A DNA stretch of 64,000 bases from an uncultured Thermoproteales archaeon (GCA_965368245.1 CBDUMD010000008.1:380-64379), one strand, 5' to 3'; shown: positions 26,954 through 36,842, numbered from the stretch's first letter. The notes: a model not told the origin generated them from the sequence alone. A program made the numbers and translations.

Positions 26954-28126
26954 GTGCAATGTTTGTTGTCTTTTTCTAGGGGTTTTTTGTTGTTGTGTTT
27001 GGTGGGTTTCTTTGCTATTTTGAGTTCGACTATGTCTAAGTCTCCTACCCTTCCGCTGTTTGCCGGTTTCCTCGGTGTTGAGCCTGCTGAACTGGGGTTT
27101 ATTGCTGCCGCCTCTACGGTGACGGGGATCTTCACTAACGTTACTGCTGGCTCTCTCTCGGATAGGTATGGTAGGAGAAGGTTGCTTCTGGTGGGTGGTT
27201 TTGTTTTTGCTTCGGCACCCTTCCTGTATCTATTTGTGTCCAGTGGCTGGCAACTGGCTTTGGTTAGGGTTTACCATGGGTTGGCTACGGCTATATTCAT
27301 GCCAGTGGCTGTGGCAACTGTGGCCGACATGTTTCCCTCTAGGCGGGGCGAAATGATGGGGTTGTTCCACTCTTCCACGCTTATAGGCAGGGTTATTGCA
27401 CCGACTCTTGCGGGGACATTAATATATTTAGCTAGCTTCAAGGCCACGTATCTCGTATGCGGTGTAAGCGGTTTAATCGCACTGCTGTTCATGTCTCGTC
27501 TTCCAGCCCACTCTAGCCGGGAAAACTTGGGAGGAAAGGTGTATACGAGTCCTTTGGCGAACATCACTAGGGTTCTCTCGGATAGAAGGGTGATATTTAT
27601 AGGTGTTACGGAAGCTTCGGTGTACTTTTCAATGCAGGGTATAGAAACCTTCCTACCCCTCTACGTCGAAACCCTGTGGACGGAAACGTGGTTAACCGGC
27701 ATAATTTTTACCGTGGAGATGCTGGTGATAGCCCTATTGAAGCCGCTTATGGGCAGGGTTTCGGATAGGATGGGGCGCTTAAAAATGATCATTGCAGGCC
27801 TCCTTGTGTCGTTGCTTGGAGCCCTCCTCCTATCCCTCTCTCACAGTATCTACCCGATAATTACATCAATAATAGTATACTCGATTGGGGTATCTGCGTG
27901 TACCGCTGCCACAGCCCCCTTTGTCTCCGAGCTGGTTACCAAGGAAATGTATGGTGCAGCAATAGGGTCGCTGGAAACTATAAAAGACGTAGGGCAAGCC
28001 CTAGGCCCAATAGTCTCCGGCTTCATAGTAGCAAACCTAAGCTATTTTCATGCATTCTCCTTTTTAGCTTTAGTCCTTTTAGTAGATATACTGGTTCTAC
28101 TCTTAGGCTTCAGGAGGATGACATAA
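26954..28126 (+). CDS. MFS transporter
   Basis: About 12 TM helices. MFS loop motif 'GSLSDRYGRRRLLLVG' and the second-half equivalent 'GRVSDRMGRLKMI'. GTG start. Confidence 0.85.
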   Translation: MQCLLSFSRGFLLLCLVGFFAILSSTMSKSPTLPLFAGFLGVEPAELGFIAAASTVTGIFTNVTAGSLSDRYGRRRLLLVGGFVFASAPFLYLFVSSGWQLALVRVYHGLATAIFMPVAVATVADMFPSRRGEMMGLFHSSTLIGRVIAPTLAGTLIYLASFKATYLVCGVSGLIALLFMSRLPAHSSRENLGGKVYTSPLANITRVLSDRRVIFIGVTEASVYFSMQGIETFLPLYVETLWTETWLTGIIFTVEMLVIALLKPLMGRVSDRMGRLKMIIAGLLVSLLGALLLSLSHSIYPIITSIIVYSIGVSACTAATAPFVSELVTKEMYGAAIGSLETIKDVGQALGPIVSGFIVANLSYFHAFSFLALVLLVDILVLLLGFRRMT

Positions 28127-28149
28127 AGGGATCCAGCCTACGTAACTAT

Positions 28150-29346
28150 TCAGGGGAAATAGTTAGGGATTTTTAGCCGAAGCCTATGGAACACATCTAT
28201 CCTCTTATCGTATTGCTTTAAAGCCGCTTCCTCTAGGAGTTTAACGTATTCCTCCTCTATTCTACGTGTTATGTTCCTCCAGCTGTAGTTTTTCTCAACA
28301 TGTTCTCTAGCCTTTCTCGACAGATAAAGCCGAAGTGTATCGTCTAAGTATAGACGGTATATTTCATCGGCTATTGTCTCGGGATCCACGTCCCTGAGGA
28401 GGATCCCGTTAACCCCGTCGATTATTATCTCCTTAAGCCCTCCTATAGCACTTGCTATCACAGGGATGCCGGATGCCATGGCCTCTAACGCGACTATCCC
28501 AAAGGATTCCCCGAAGAGGCTAGGCATCACGAAGACATCTGAAGATCTATACAAGTCGGGTAGGAGAGAGTCATCAACCCTCCCTAAAAATAAAACCTGT
28601 TTATCCAGCCCTAAACTCTCGACCTTTTCCCTAAGGGATCTTTTAAGTGGACCGTCGCCGGCGATCACCAGCAGAATTCCTGGTTCCCTTTTAGCCAGCA
28701 GTTTCATGGCTTCCACTAGATGATGAACCCCTTTCCTATAGACCAGTCTACCCACATAGAGTACTATGAAGTCTGCTTCAACCTCCTCTCGGAGCCTTCT
28801 AGAACCCTTAGGGTTAAACCTCTCCGTGTCCACGCCGTTCGGTATGATCTTTAGGGGTACAGAGGGGGCGAAGTTTCCGATAAACCTTGCAGCCGCGTTA
28901 CTTACCGCAATTACTTCATCTGCTTTACCTATAATGGATCTAAACGGGAATGCCACAAACCCTAAAGTTTTAAGCAAGTAGTTGTAGTCATATAGGTAGG
29001 CGCTGTGGTTTGTCAAAACTGTCGGATAGCCGTTGATGGACGCCGAGAAGATCGATGCTAAGGGTATGGGTGTAAATGCATGGTGTGCGTGGACTATATC
29101 GGGGTCAAAGTCGTCTAAAATCTTTTTGATGACGCCGTTGCCTGAAAGTCCCCACAAGAACCTGAGGAAATCCTTGTGCTCCAGCTCTATTACCTCGAAA
29201 GGCCATTCACCCCTATCCTCCCTTTTCCTGGTTACAATTGCTATATCATGTCCCCTTGAACGTAGATTTACAGCCAAGTCCCTGACATGGCTAGCTACCC
29301 CACCTATATCGGGTGGAAACCACTCGGTAGCTAACAGTACTTTCAT
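28150..29346 (-). CDS. Glycosyltransferase family 4 (GT-B fold)
   Basis: 'GGVASHVRDLA' in the N-terminal domain. 'PSLFGESFGIVALEAMASGIPVIAS..GGLKEII' is the typical GT4 E-x7-E region. Confidence 0.85.
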   Translation of the reverse strand: MKVLLATEWFPPDIGGVASHVRDLAVNLRSRGHDIAIVTRKREDRGEWPFEVIELEHKDFLRFLWGLSGNGVIKKILDDFDPDIVHAHHAFTPIPLASIFSASINGYPTVLTNHSAYLYDYNYLLKTLGFVAFPFRSIIGKADEVIAVSNAAARFIGNFAPSVPLKIIPNGVDTERFNPKGSRRLREEVEADFIVLYVGRLVYRKGVHHLVEAMKLLAKREPGILLVIAGDGPLKRSLREKVESLGLDKQVLFLGRVDDSLLPDLYRSSDVFVMPSLFGESFGIVALEAMASGIPVIASAIGGLKEIIIDGVNGILLRDVDPETIADEIYRLYLDDTLRLYLSRKAREHVEKNYSWRNITRRIEEEYVKLLEEAALKQYDKRIDVFHRLRLKIPNYFP

Positions 29347-29395
29347 TTCAAATCGACCTCCACTATCATCAGCGTCTAGAACAGGGTTTCGGTTT

Positions 29396-29920
29396 TCAGA
29401 GAGACGATAGTTTCTCCTTAAAGCTATTAAATAACTTGAGTAACTCTCTCGGCGCCAGTGATTTAAGTTTCTCGATCAACATCACCGTTAAACGCAATAC
29501 GTGCCGCGATTTCCTAGTTTCATTTAGAATCTTCATCGCGTTTTTCTTCGTATCTTCATTAAAGCTGTCAATATGGTCTTGAATAAACTCTGTCAAGAAT
29601 GAAAGTTGCTTATCTATAATGTTGCTAAAGAACACTTCTATTATATCGAGTAACGTAGAGGTAGTTGCATATAGTTTTCTTTTACCAGCTCTCCCCACCC
29701 TCCTGACAATCCCCCAGTTCTCCAGCTTCGATAAACATATGCTCACGATGCTTGGACTATACTCGGTTAGCTCTGAGATCTCCTTCTGGGAAAGGGGGAC
29801 ACCGGCTAGCATTAGTGCCCCCAGTACTCTTCCTGCAGCCTCCCCAAGCCCTATACTTGAGGTAAAGAGGGACATTAAGTTCAATAATTCCTTCTCAGGT
29901 TTCCCGAAAGAGATGTCCAT
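29396..29920 (-). CDS. GbsR/MarR-like wHTH transcriptional regulator
   Basis: 'GEAAGRVLGALMLAGVPLSQKEISELTEYSPSIVSICLSKLENWGIVRRVGRAGKRKLY' matches the GbsR (COG1510) pattern. Confidence 0.65.
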   Translation of the reverse strand: MDISFGKPEKELLNLMSLFTSSIGLGEAAGRVLGALMLAGVPLSQKEISELTEYSPSIVSICLSKLENWGIVRRVGRAGKRKLYATTSTLLDIIEVFFSNIIDKQLSFLTEFIQDHIDSFNEDTKKNAMKILNETRKSRHVLRLTVMLIEKLKSLAPRELLKLFNSFKEKLSSL

Positions 29921-29953
29921 AATATTTTTATACTTTCGAAAATTATAAAACTT

Positions 29954-30820
29954 ATGCCTGTACTCACCTTCAAGAAAACTTCATTGACCAAGGGTTGGTT
30001 TCTCATTAAGGCTTTAAGGATACCCGAGTGGAGAGCATACATAGGTTTAAGCATATATGGTGTGGCTTTATCCTCAGGGAATTTGTTTAGTTTTATAAGC
30101 AATGTTCTACGGCTACTACCATTAATGTTCATATACGTGTCTACGGCATACCTGGCTAACAATATCTATGACGCTAAGGGAGACTACTTTAACCAACGTA
30201 AGAGGGAAAGAAACCCTATTTCGGTTGGGTGTCTTTCCCCACGGGAGGCAACCATAGTCCTGGTGATTCTGATTGCACTCGGGTTAACATCCATCATCTT
30301 CCTGAACTTTCTTCAGTTCACTGTATATATTGTTGGATTATTTCTGGCTTTAGCATACTCCGTTCCGCCGTTAAGGCTGAAGGAAAAGCCTCCACTCGAC
30401 CTGATTTCCCACGCTTTTTTCTTCGGAATAATCCCGTTTCTGACGGGATTTCTCATGAATTTTACTGTGTCTTACCCCGATCCAATGTTACTGGCGTCTA
30501 TCGCCGTCTACTCCATGTTCCTTGAATTAAGAAACGAAGTAGAGGACTTCCACCCGGATAGAGAAGCCGGCTACAATACCACGGCAACATGTATCGGCTA
30601 TCGGAATAGCATCAGATCCCTCAGCTTCCTCTCAATGATATTTATAGTGGCATCTTACGTGATCGCTTGGAGCCGGGAAACCTACGTTTTCTCAGCTATA
30701 ACCGCCTTTACACTTGCATCCAATCTAATACCTTTAAGGCATGAGACCAAAATGCGGATAATGGACGCATACGCTGTAACATTTTATTTGCTGATCCTTT
30801 TGGCAGATATTCTAAGGTAG
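29954..30820 (+). CDS. UbiA-family prenyltransferase
   Basis: Multi-TM protein with the Asp-rich motif 'NNIYDAKGDYFN' (NxxxDxxxD) and a second acidic motif 'ELRNEVEDFHPDREAG'. Confidence 0.8.
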   Translation: MPVLTFKKTSLTKGWFLIKALRIPEWRAYIGLSIYGVALSSGNLFSFISNVLRLLPLMFIYVSTAYLANNIYDAKGDYFNQRKRERNPISVGCLSPREATIVLVILIALGLTSIIFLNFLQFTVYIVGLFLALAYSVPPLRLKEKPPLDLISHAFFFGIIPFLTGFLMNFTVSYPDPMLLASIAVYSMFLELRNEVEDFHPDREAGYNTTATCIGYRNSIRSLSFLSMIFIVASYVIAWSRETYVFSAITAFTLASNLIPLRHETKMRIMDAYAVTFYLLILLADILR

Positions 30821-30830
30821 GTTGTTTAAA

Positions 30831-31871
30831 CTAGAATAGAAAGGGCTCCTCTATACGGTATTCTCTTACAAGCATTTCAAATACCTCATTGAAGCTTCCC
30901 CTGAAAGCCTCTATAGTGTAAACGACTGTAGATATCATGCCTTCCTTTATTCGGGTTGCCGGTAGAAAATGCAATTCTATTTCCCCGAACTTTAGTTGCG
31001 AACCTTCGGGCCCCGAATTATAGGATTGAACGGCACCTTTAGGTCCCCTTGGATCGGCTTTAGCTACGTCGAGACACTCTTTCTGGCTTCTTGGCAGGTG
31101 CTTGCTTTTCATACATATGATGTTCCATAGACCTTCTCCATCCTCCCTAACATATATTATTGAGGCTTCACCTTCTCTAGGTAGATCCTCGGGACGTATC
31201 CCAAGCTTCGTAACCTTCAACCCATCTATCCTAAAGGATACATGGTTTTCCGAGACTCTAAGCCTGTCCTCAGGTATTTTACCAAAGTAGTGTACTGGTT
31301 GGGTGCCTTTTTTTACTGGAATTAATACTGTACCTGGTTTTCCAGCTCCCGGGGGGACCTGTATAAGGGCCCATAGGTTGACTAAAGTTCCTGTAAAATT
31401 ATCTGTTAAAAGGCTCTCCCTAACATTTATCTTCAAAATACCTCGTTTACCCTTGTCCACCCCAATATCCCTTCTAATGACCCCGGTTAACCAGCCTTTA
31501 TTCACGAAATCGTATGTCTTAAAGTAGCATTCAAGTGAAACCATTCTCTGATCTTCAGCGATAAACCTGTAGTTGCCTGGATCAAGCCCCTCCGGGCAAA
31601 ACCACTCCTCAAAGCTTGCAGGCTTCATGTAGAAGAAGTTTCTTTCAGGGGAGATCCAGACCCTAGCTCCACCGATGTTCCAGCCCCTGGTTTTAAGAAC
31701 ATTTTCTAAATCCGGGTTTACCCACAGGAGGTTTGGGGAGTCACTGTAAAACACGCCTATTATCCTAGCCCCATACTCCGATACAATTACGTTCCCGTAA
31801 TCCTCCTCTAGGATAGCGATATTGGTGTTTCTCCCAAGGGTTTCAGCCAGACTTTTAAAAGTAACTTTCAT
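30831..31871 (-). CDS. Conserved-looking hypothetical protein (soluble, beta-rich)
   Basis: 346-aa ORF with no recognisable motif. Confidence 0.5.
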   Translation of the reverse strand: MKVTFKSLAETLGRNTNIAILEEDYGNVIVSEYGARIIGVFYSDSPNLLWVNPDLENVLKTRGWNIGGARVWISPERNFFYMKPASFEEWFCPEGLDPGNYRFIAEDQRMVSLECYFKTYDFVNKGWLTGVIRRDIGVDKGKRGILKINVRESLLTDNFTGTLVNLWALIQVPPGAGKPGTVLIPVKKGTQPVHYFGKIPEDRLRVSENHVSFRIDGLKVTKLGIRPEDLPREGEASIIYVREDGEGLWNIICMKSKHLPRSQKECLDVAKADPRGPKGAVQSYNSGPEGSQLKFGEIELHFLPATRIKEGMISTVVYTIEAFRGSFNEVFEMLVREYRIEEPFLF

Positions 31872-32034
31872 GGCAATAAAATAGCGTAAATTCTCCTTTT
31901 AACCTTTAAGTAGGGATGAATCCAGTAGTTCTATAGTAGCTTGCCTCAATGGTTAAAGAAGCATTTATTTTCATGCGCCTGTCCTAGAATGTTATAACAT
32001 AAGACATATATACAATAATTGTATTACTATTGCT

Positions 32035-32256
32035 ATGAGTACTGTAATTACTGTGAGGATCCCGGAGGAAATGAAAAAGGAGATGAAGAGATTTAAGAAC
32101 GTTAACTGGAGCCAGGTTGTTAGGGAAGCAATAGCGAGGAAAATCAGGGAAGAGAAGATTAAGTATGCTCTCAAAGTCATGGAAAACATATCGTCAAAAG
32201 CGAAGCTCGAGAAACCTGCATGGAAGATCATTCGAGAATCTAGGGATACTTTATGA
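32035..32256 (+). CDS. vapB: Ribbon-helix-helix antitoxin (VapB-like)
   Basis: 'VITVRIPEEMKKEMKRF..NWSQVVREAIARKIREE' is RHH-like. Overlaps the downstream PIN gene by 4 nt. Confidence 0.7.
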   Translation: MSTVITVRIPEEMKKEMKRFKNVNWSQVVREAIARKIREEKIKYALKVMENISSKAKLEKPAWKIIRESRDTL

Positions 32257-32687
32257 AAGTCGTTTTCGACACCAGTGCTGTTATAAAATGGTTTTTAAAA
32301 GAAAAGGACTCGGAAAAATGTCGTGAAATAAGGAATTTACATATTGAGGGTAAAGTTGAGATCCATAGTGTAGATTTTATGCTTGTCGAGCTTTCAAATG
32401 TCCTCAGATACGCCAAGGGGATATCGAAACAAGATGTCGTTGAAGCTATAGAAGCTATAAGGGCTTTGGACATAAAGTTAGTATCGATGCAAAAGCTGTT
32501 GAAGGATGCTATAGACCGGTCGTTCACCTATAACCTCACCGTGTACGATGCCCTTTACGTAGCCTTATCCGAAAAACTTGAAGCACCCTTAATAACATAT
32601 GATATGGAGATTCTACAGGCGTTTGAGAAGGCCATTAAGGCATCGGAGTATCTTACACTAGTGTCCAAGAAGCTGAGACGTGAATAA
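32253..32687 (+). CDS. vapC: PIN-domain toxin VapC
   Basis: 'VVFDTSAVIKWF', 'VELSNVL', 'VYDALYVALSEKLEAPLITYD' carry the acidic PIN residues. Confidence 0.85.
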   Translation: MKVVFDTSAVIKWFLKEKDSEKCREIRNLHIEGKVEIHSVDFMLVELSNVLRYAKGISKQDVVEAIEAIRALDIKLVSMQKLLKDAIDRSFTYNLTVYDALYVALSEKLEAPLITYDMEILQAFEKAIKASEYLTLVSKKLRRE

Positions 32688-32945
32688 AGCTGAACAACTT
32701 TACCCTTCACAAAATGCTCTGCAACCCTTTTTACAAGACATGGATTCCATTTAATCTGAAGTTTCAAGGAATAGAAGTTAGGTCAAACTTTTTATCATGT
32801 TACTGCTTACCTTTAGCAAGAAATTTTATTTTTGTTAATTGTTTTACTTGTATTTAGTTATAAATGACCGTGTATATTAATCAAATTAATGAAATATAAT
32901 GATTTTAAGCTTTCTGGACGGTAGATAAGGCAGGTTAAGGAGCGT

Positions 32946-34001
32946 ATGGGGGAGAAACTCTTCAAAGTAAGCTACGATGATTTCAACAGACTGGTTGAAA
33001 AGCTTTTAACAGAATATAGAGTCATCGCCCCTGTAGCGGGAAACGGTAAACCATTCTTCGCCGAAATATCCAGCCCGGGGGAAGTATTCCTTAAATACAA
33101 GGGACATGTTTTAATCCCACCGAAACGCTTTTTCTTCCCGGAAAAAGAAACACTTTTTAAATATTTTCTGGACGGCGACAAGGTTGAGATCCACGATGAA
33201 CTGGAGAAGGTAAAGAAATCTAAAAATATTATACTAGGTTTAAGGCCATGTGACTTAAAGGGTATACTGTTCCTCGATAAAGTTTTCACAAAGAAGTACA
33301 AGGATCCATATTATCTGGCAAGAAGAGAGAATACAGTTATAGTTGCATTAACCTGTAACGAGCCGGAAGAATACTGTTTCTGCGTGTTTACCGGTAGTGG
33401 ACCCTACTTTAAGGAGGGGGCAGATCTTCTCTTGACTGATCTTGGAGATGGATTCCTAGTGGAAGTCGTCAGTGAAAAAGGTTCTGAGATAGTAAAGTTT
33501 AACAGTGATTTATTCAAGAAAGCCGGAGAAGACGCTGAAAGTAGGAGAAAGTCTATTTTAAGGAAGGTTAGGGAGGAGATTGAAAGACAAAGGTTGCCAG
33601 ACTTTGAAAAAGTGCATTCTGTTCTAAGAGAAGAATTTTCTAACCCTGTTTGGGAGACGTACGGTAATATTTGTTTGTCATGTGGTAAATGCAATTTCGT
33701 CTGTCCTACCTGCCACTGCTTTAACGTGTACGATGAACCGGGTCTCGATCTTAAGACCGGTGAAAGGGTTAGGGTCTGGGATTCATGCCACTACTTGACC
33801 TTCACTAAGGTTGCCAGCGGGGAGATATTTCGGAAAGAGAGGCCCTCCAGGCTTAAGCAGAGGATATACCATAAATTACTGTATACGGTTGACGAGTTCG
33901 GTGTAATCTCATGTGTTGGATGTGGTAGATGTATCGAGGTGTGTAGTGCAGGAATAGATATACGTAAAGTAGTTATGGATGTTACAGGTGGTGGGAGATG
34001 A
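32946..34001 (+). CDS. hydB: Sulfhydrogenase (group 3b NiFe hydrogenase) beta subunit, AsrA-like Fe-S protein
   Basis: Cys clusters 'CLSCGKCNFVCPTCHC' and 'CVGCGRCIEVC'. First gene of a four-gene operon in the Pyrococcus hydBGDA order. Confidence 0.8.
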   Translation: MGEKLFKVSYDDFNRLVEKLLTEYRVIAPVAGNGKPFFAEISSPGEVFLKYKGHVLIPPKRFFFPEKETLFKYFLDGDKVEIHDELEKVKKSKNIILGLRPCDLKGILFLDKVFTKKYKDPYYLARRENTVIVALTCNEPEEYCFCVFTGSGPYFKEGADLLLTDLGDGFLVEVVSEKGSEIVKFNSDLFKKAGEDAESRRKSILRKVREEIERQRLPDFEKVHSVLREEFSNPVWETYGNICLSCGKCNFVCPTCHCFNVYDEPGLDLKTGERVRVWDSCHYLTFTKVASGEIFRKERPSRLKQRIYHKLLYTVDEFGVISCVGCGRCIEVCSAGIDIRKVVMDVTGGGR

Positions 34002-34816
34002 CCGGCAACCCGTATATACCTAAGCTAGCTGTGATAAAGGACATTAAAGATGAAGCCCCTAACGTAAAAACATTTACGCTACAGATTCAGGATGGGGGAA
34101 AGTTTTCCTTTGAGTCAGGGCAGTTTGTCGAGCTAACGGTTTTCATGTACGGGGAAGCTCCCTTCTCCATCTCGTCTTCCCCCCTCATAGAAGACTCCTT
34201 CCAGCTTACCATAAGGAAGATGGGGAACGTTACCACAGCACTTTTCAGGAAAAAGGAGGGAGATGTTGTCGGTATTAGGGGGCCGTTTGGAAGAGGATGG
34301 CCTCTCTCCGAAGCCACTGGAATGAACATACTGCTTGTTGGAGGTGGCATAGGGTTAGCCCCCCTGAGGTCAGCTATACTCTACATGCTCGAGGAAAGGA
34401 GGAAGTATGGTGACATTACTCTACTCTACGGTGCAAGAACCCCCCGGGATCTCCTCTATAAAGATGAATTCGATGAATGGCGTAAGGGCATCGACGTGCA
34501 TTTAACAGTCGACCGAGGGGAACCCGGCTGGAAGGGTAGGGTGGGTGTGGTAACCGTGCTTTTCGATGAGGTGGATTTAAACCCTAAGGAGACGATATGT
34601 CTCCAGTGCGGGCCGCCCATAATGATGTACTTTGTAACGAAAAAACTGCTTGAACTAGGGTTCCCTGAAGACCATATCATACTTTCCCTCGAAAGGTTGA
34701 TGAAATGCGGCATGGGTTTCTGCGGCCACTGTACCATAAGCGGGAGGTATGTTTGTATGGATGGGCCGGTCTTCAAATATAGTGAAATTAAAGGTTTCCT
34801 CGAGAGAGCTGTTTAA
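33998..34816 (+). CDS. hydG: Sulfhydrogenase gamma subunit (FAD/NAD(P)-binding, 2Fe-2S, AsrB-like)
   Basis: Flavin-reductase-like 'GQFVELTV', 'RGPFG', 'LLVGGGIGLAPL' and C-terminal 'CGMGFCGHCTI..YVCMDGPVF'. ATGA overlap with hydB. Confidence 0.8.
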   Translation: MTGNPYIPKLAVIKDIKDEAPNVKTFTLQIQDGGKFSFESGQFVELTVFMYGEAPFSISSSPLIEDSFQLTIRKMGNVTTALFRKKEGDVVGIRGPFGRGWPLSEATGMNILLVGGGIGLAPLRSAILYMLEERRKYGDITLLYGARTPRDLLYKDEFDEWRKGIDVHLTVDRGEPGWKGRVGVVTVLFDEVDLNPKETICLQCGPPIMMYFVTKKLLELGFPEDHIILSLERLMKCGMGFCGHCTISGRYVCMDGPVFKYSEIKGFLERAV

Positions 34817-34826
34817 GGTGAAGGAT

Positions 34827-35531
34827 ATGGAGGCTTCCTCATCCCGTAAACTTCGGGTAGGGATCTTCAGTTTATCATCATGTGAAGGTTGTTTAGTCGA
34901 GATACTGGGCATAGAGGACGTCTTCATGGATCTACTGGAGTTGATCGAGGTTTCGGATAGCAGGTTGCTTGGCGTAAAGGAGGGAGAAGGCAACTTGGAT
35001 GTAGCTATAGTGGAGGGGGCTGTAATAACCAGTGAAGATAGAAGTAAACTTGAGAAGATACGGAGGAAAAGCAAAATACTTGTGGCATTAGGGGACTGTG
35101 CATGCTATGGAGGCAAGTTCATTATGAAGGATTTCGATGGAAAGGAGGTTAACTCGCAGCCCCTAGAAAATTTCGTTAAAGTCGACTACAAGATATATGG
35201 TTGCCCCGCCACCCGTGAGAATTTCGTGAAATTCATGAAACATATGTTGATCTCGAGGAGCTTTGAAGAGCCTTCCATCAACGTTTGCGGAGAATGCCTT
35301 CTTCGGGGAGCTGAATGCCTGCTGGAGAAAGGCATTCTATGTTTGGGTCCAATAACTAGGGCTGGCTGTAACGCCCTCTGTCCAAGCGTGAATTCCCCGT
35401 GCATTGGATGCAGGGGTCTAAGCATGGATGCAAACCTCAAGGCTTTTCTAGAGATCCTTGAAAAAAAGGGGATAAGCATACCCCCGTATTTGGCTAAACT
35501 AGCTGAGAAAACATGTAAGGAGGAGAGGTGA
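34827..35531 (+). CDS. hydD: Sulfhydrogenase delta (NiFe small) subunit
   Basis: 'KLRVGIFSLSSCEGC', 'GDCACYGG', 'CGECLL', 'GPITRAGCNALCPSVNSPCIGCRG'. I chose the ATG at 34827, which is preceded by 'GGTGA'. The track's 34749 start lies inside hydG. Confidence 0.8.
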   Translation: MEASSSRKLRVGIFSLSSCEGCLVEILGIEDVFMDLLELIEVSDSRLLGVKEGEGNLDVAIVEGAVITSEDRSKLEKIRRKSKILVALGDCACYGGKFIMKDFDGKEVNSQPLENFVKVDYKIYGCPATRENFVKFMKHMLISRSFEEPSINVCGECLLRGAECLLEKGILCLGPITRAGCNALCPSVNSPCIGCRGLSMDANLKAFLEILEKKGISIPPYLAKLAEKTCKEER

Positions 35532-35537
35532 AGGATA

Positions 35538-36842
35538 ATGCCTACGGTTAGGATGGTTTTAAAGGAGATCCCCCGTATCGAGGGGCATCTAAACCTTACA
35601 ATACACGTGTATGAGGATGGAGGCATTAAGGTTAGGGCTGAGGCGGCAGAGGGAGTAAGGATACTTGAAAACATTTTAAGGGGGATGGATGCAACAGATG
35701 TCCCCGACATAACCTCGAGGATGTGTGGTGTATGCCATGCTATACATAAATTGACTTCACTGAAGGCTGTTGAAAACGCATTGAATATAGAGTTGCCTGA
35801 AGGTCTCTCCGACTTAAGGGAGCTTCTAGCTATAGTAGGGCTTCTACAAAGCCACGTCCTACACCTGTTTCTATTTACGCTTCCAGACGTATTGGGCAAA
35901 GACAGCATACTGGAGCTTGTTAAAGCCGATGCCGGAACCGTTAAGAACATCCTGTATTTAAAGAAGCTTACAAACACTTTGGTGAGAAACCTTAGTGGAA
36001 GATCAGTCCACATGATAACCCCCTGCATAGGGGGGTTCACTAAGATACCCTCAAAAAACGACTTTGAGAGGGCATCTGGAATCCTAAACGATTTCAAGGA
36101 GACTGTTAAGCAATCTCTAGAAAGGATCCTTAGTGCAGAATACCCTGACCTCCATGTAGCAGTTGAAAACCTCGCTTTAAAAGACAGAAACCTGCCTTTA
36201 CTTGAAGGAAATATAGGTGATCTTCAAGGAGAAGTCCATCCCCCCGAAAAGTATGCTTCGTTGATTAAACCGATAGCGGAGGATTACTCGACTGCACGAC
36301 ACTACGTTTTGAAGAAGAATGGAGGCCCCTATATGGTGGGTGCTCTAGCCCGCTTAAACGTTAATAAAGATAACCTCCCATCCGAGGTCAAATCGCTGTT
36401 AAGGGACTTAGGGTTGAAGCTACCTTCACTAAACCCGTTCCATAACAACCTTGCTCAAGCAGTTGAACTAATATACTTTGCAGAAAAAGGTATACGGCTT
36501 GCGGAAAAGCTTGCTGAAAAGCCTCCGAAAACCGCCAGAATATCGTTTAAACGGAAAAAGGGGTCTGGTGTTGCTGTCACAGAAGCGCCACGGGGGACCC
36601 TCATACACCACTATGTTTTAGATGAAGATGGACGGGTAACTGAAGCCAACATAGTGACACCTACAGCACAAAACTATAAGACAATTGAGAAAGCGGTCGA
36701 AAAATACGTTTCCCTGCTCCTGGACAAAGGTGTAGATAACCCACTTCAACTGAAAAATCTCGTGGAAAAGCTTGTCAGATCCTTCGACCCCTGTGTATCC
36801 TGTTCATCCAGATTTCTTAAACAGGGTAAATATGTAAGCTAA
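35538..36842 (+). CDS. hydA: Sulfhydrogenase alpha (NiFe large) subunit
   Basis: 'PRIEGH', N-terminal Ni-binding 'RMCGVCHAIH', C-terminal 'DPCVSCSSR'. Confidence 0.85.
   Translation: MPTVRMVLKEIPRIEGHLNLTIHVYEDGGIKVRAEAAEGVRILENILRGMDATDVPDITSRMCGVCHAIHKLTSLKAVENALNIELPEGLSDLRELLAIVGLLQSHVLHLFLFTLPDVLGKDSILELVKADAGTVKNILYLKKLTNTLVRNLSGRSVHMITPCIGGFTKIPSKNDFERASGILNDFKETVKQSLERILSAEYPDLHVAVENLALKDRNLPLLEGNIGDLQGEVHPPEKYASLIKPIAEDYSTARHYVLKKNGGPYMVGALARLNVNKDNLPSEVKSLLRDLGLKLPSLNPFHNNLAQAVELIYFAEKGIRLAEKLAEKPPKTARISFKRKKGSGVAVTEAPRGTLIHHYVLDEDGRVTEANIVTPTAQNYKTIEKAVEKYVSLLLDKGVDNPLQLKNLVEKLVRSFDPCVSCSSRFLKQGKYVS

Noticed and set aside
35186-36097. 303-aa minus-strand ORF across the hydD/hydA region
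   Set aside because: It is entirely antisense to two strongly supported hydrogenase genes and has an S/P/L/R-rich, low-complexity translation with no motifs. It is a typical shadow ORF.
36804-36842. Convergent 3' overlaps of similar length (36804-36842 and 41931-41968, about 38-39 nt each)
   Set aside because: This is probably coincidental in a compact genome. I saw no shared sequence or structure between the two overlaps.
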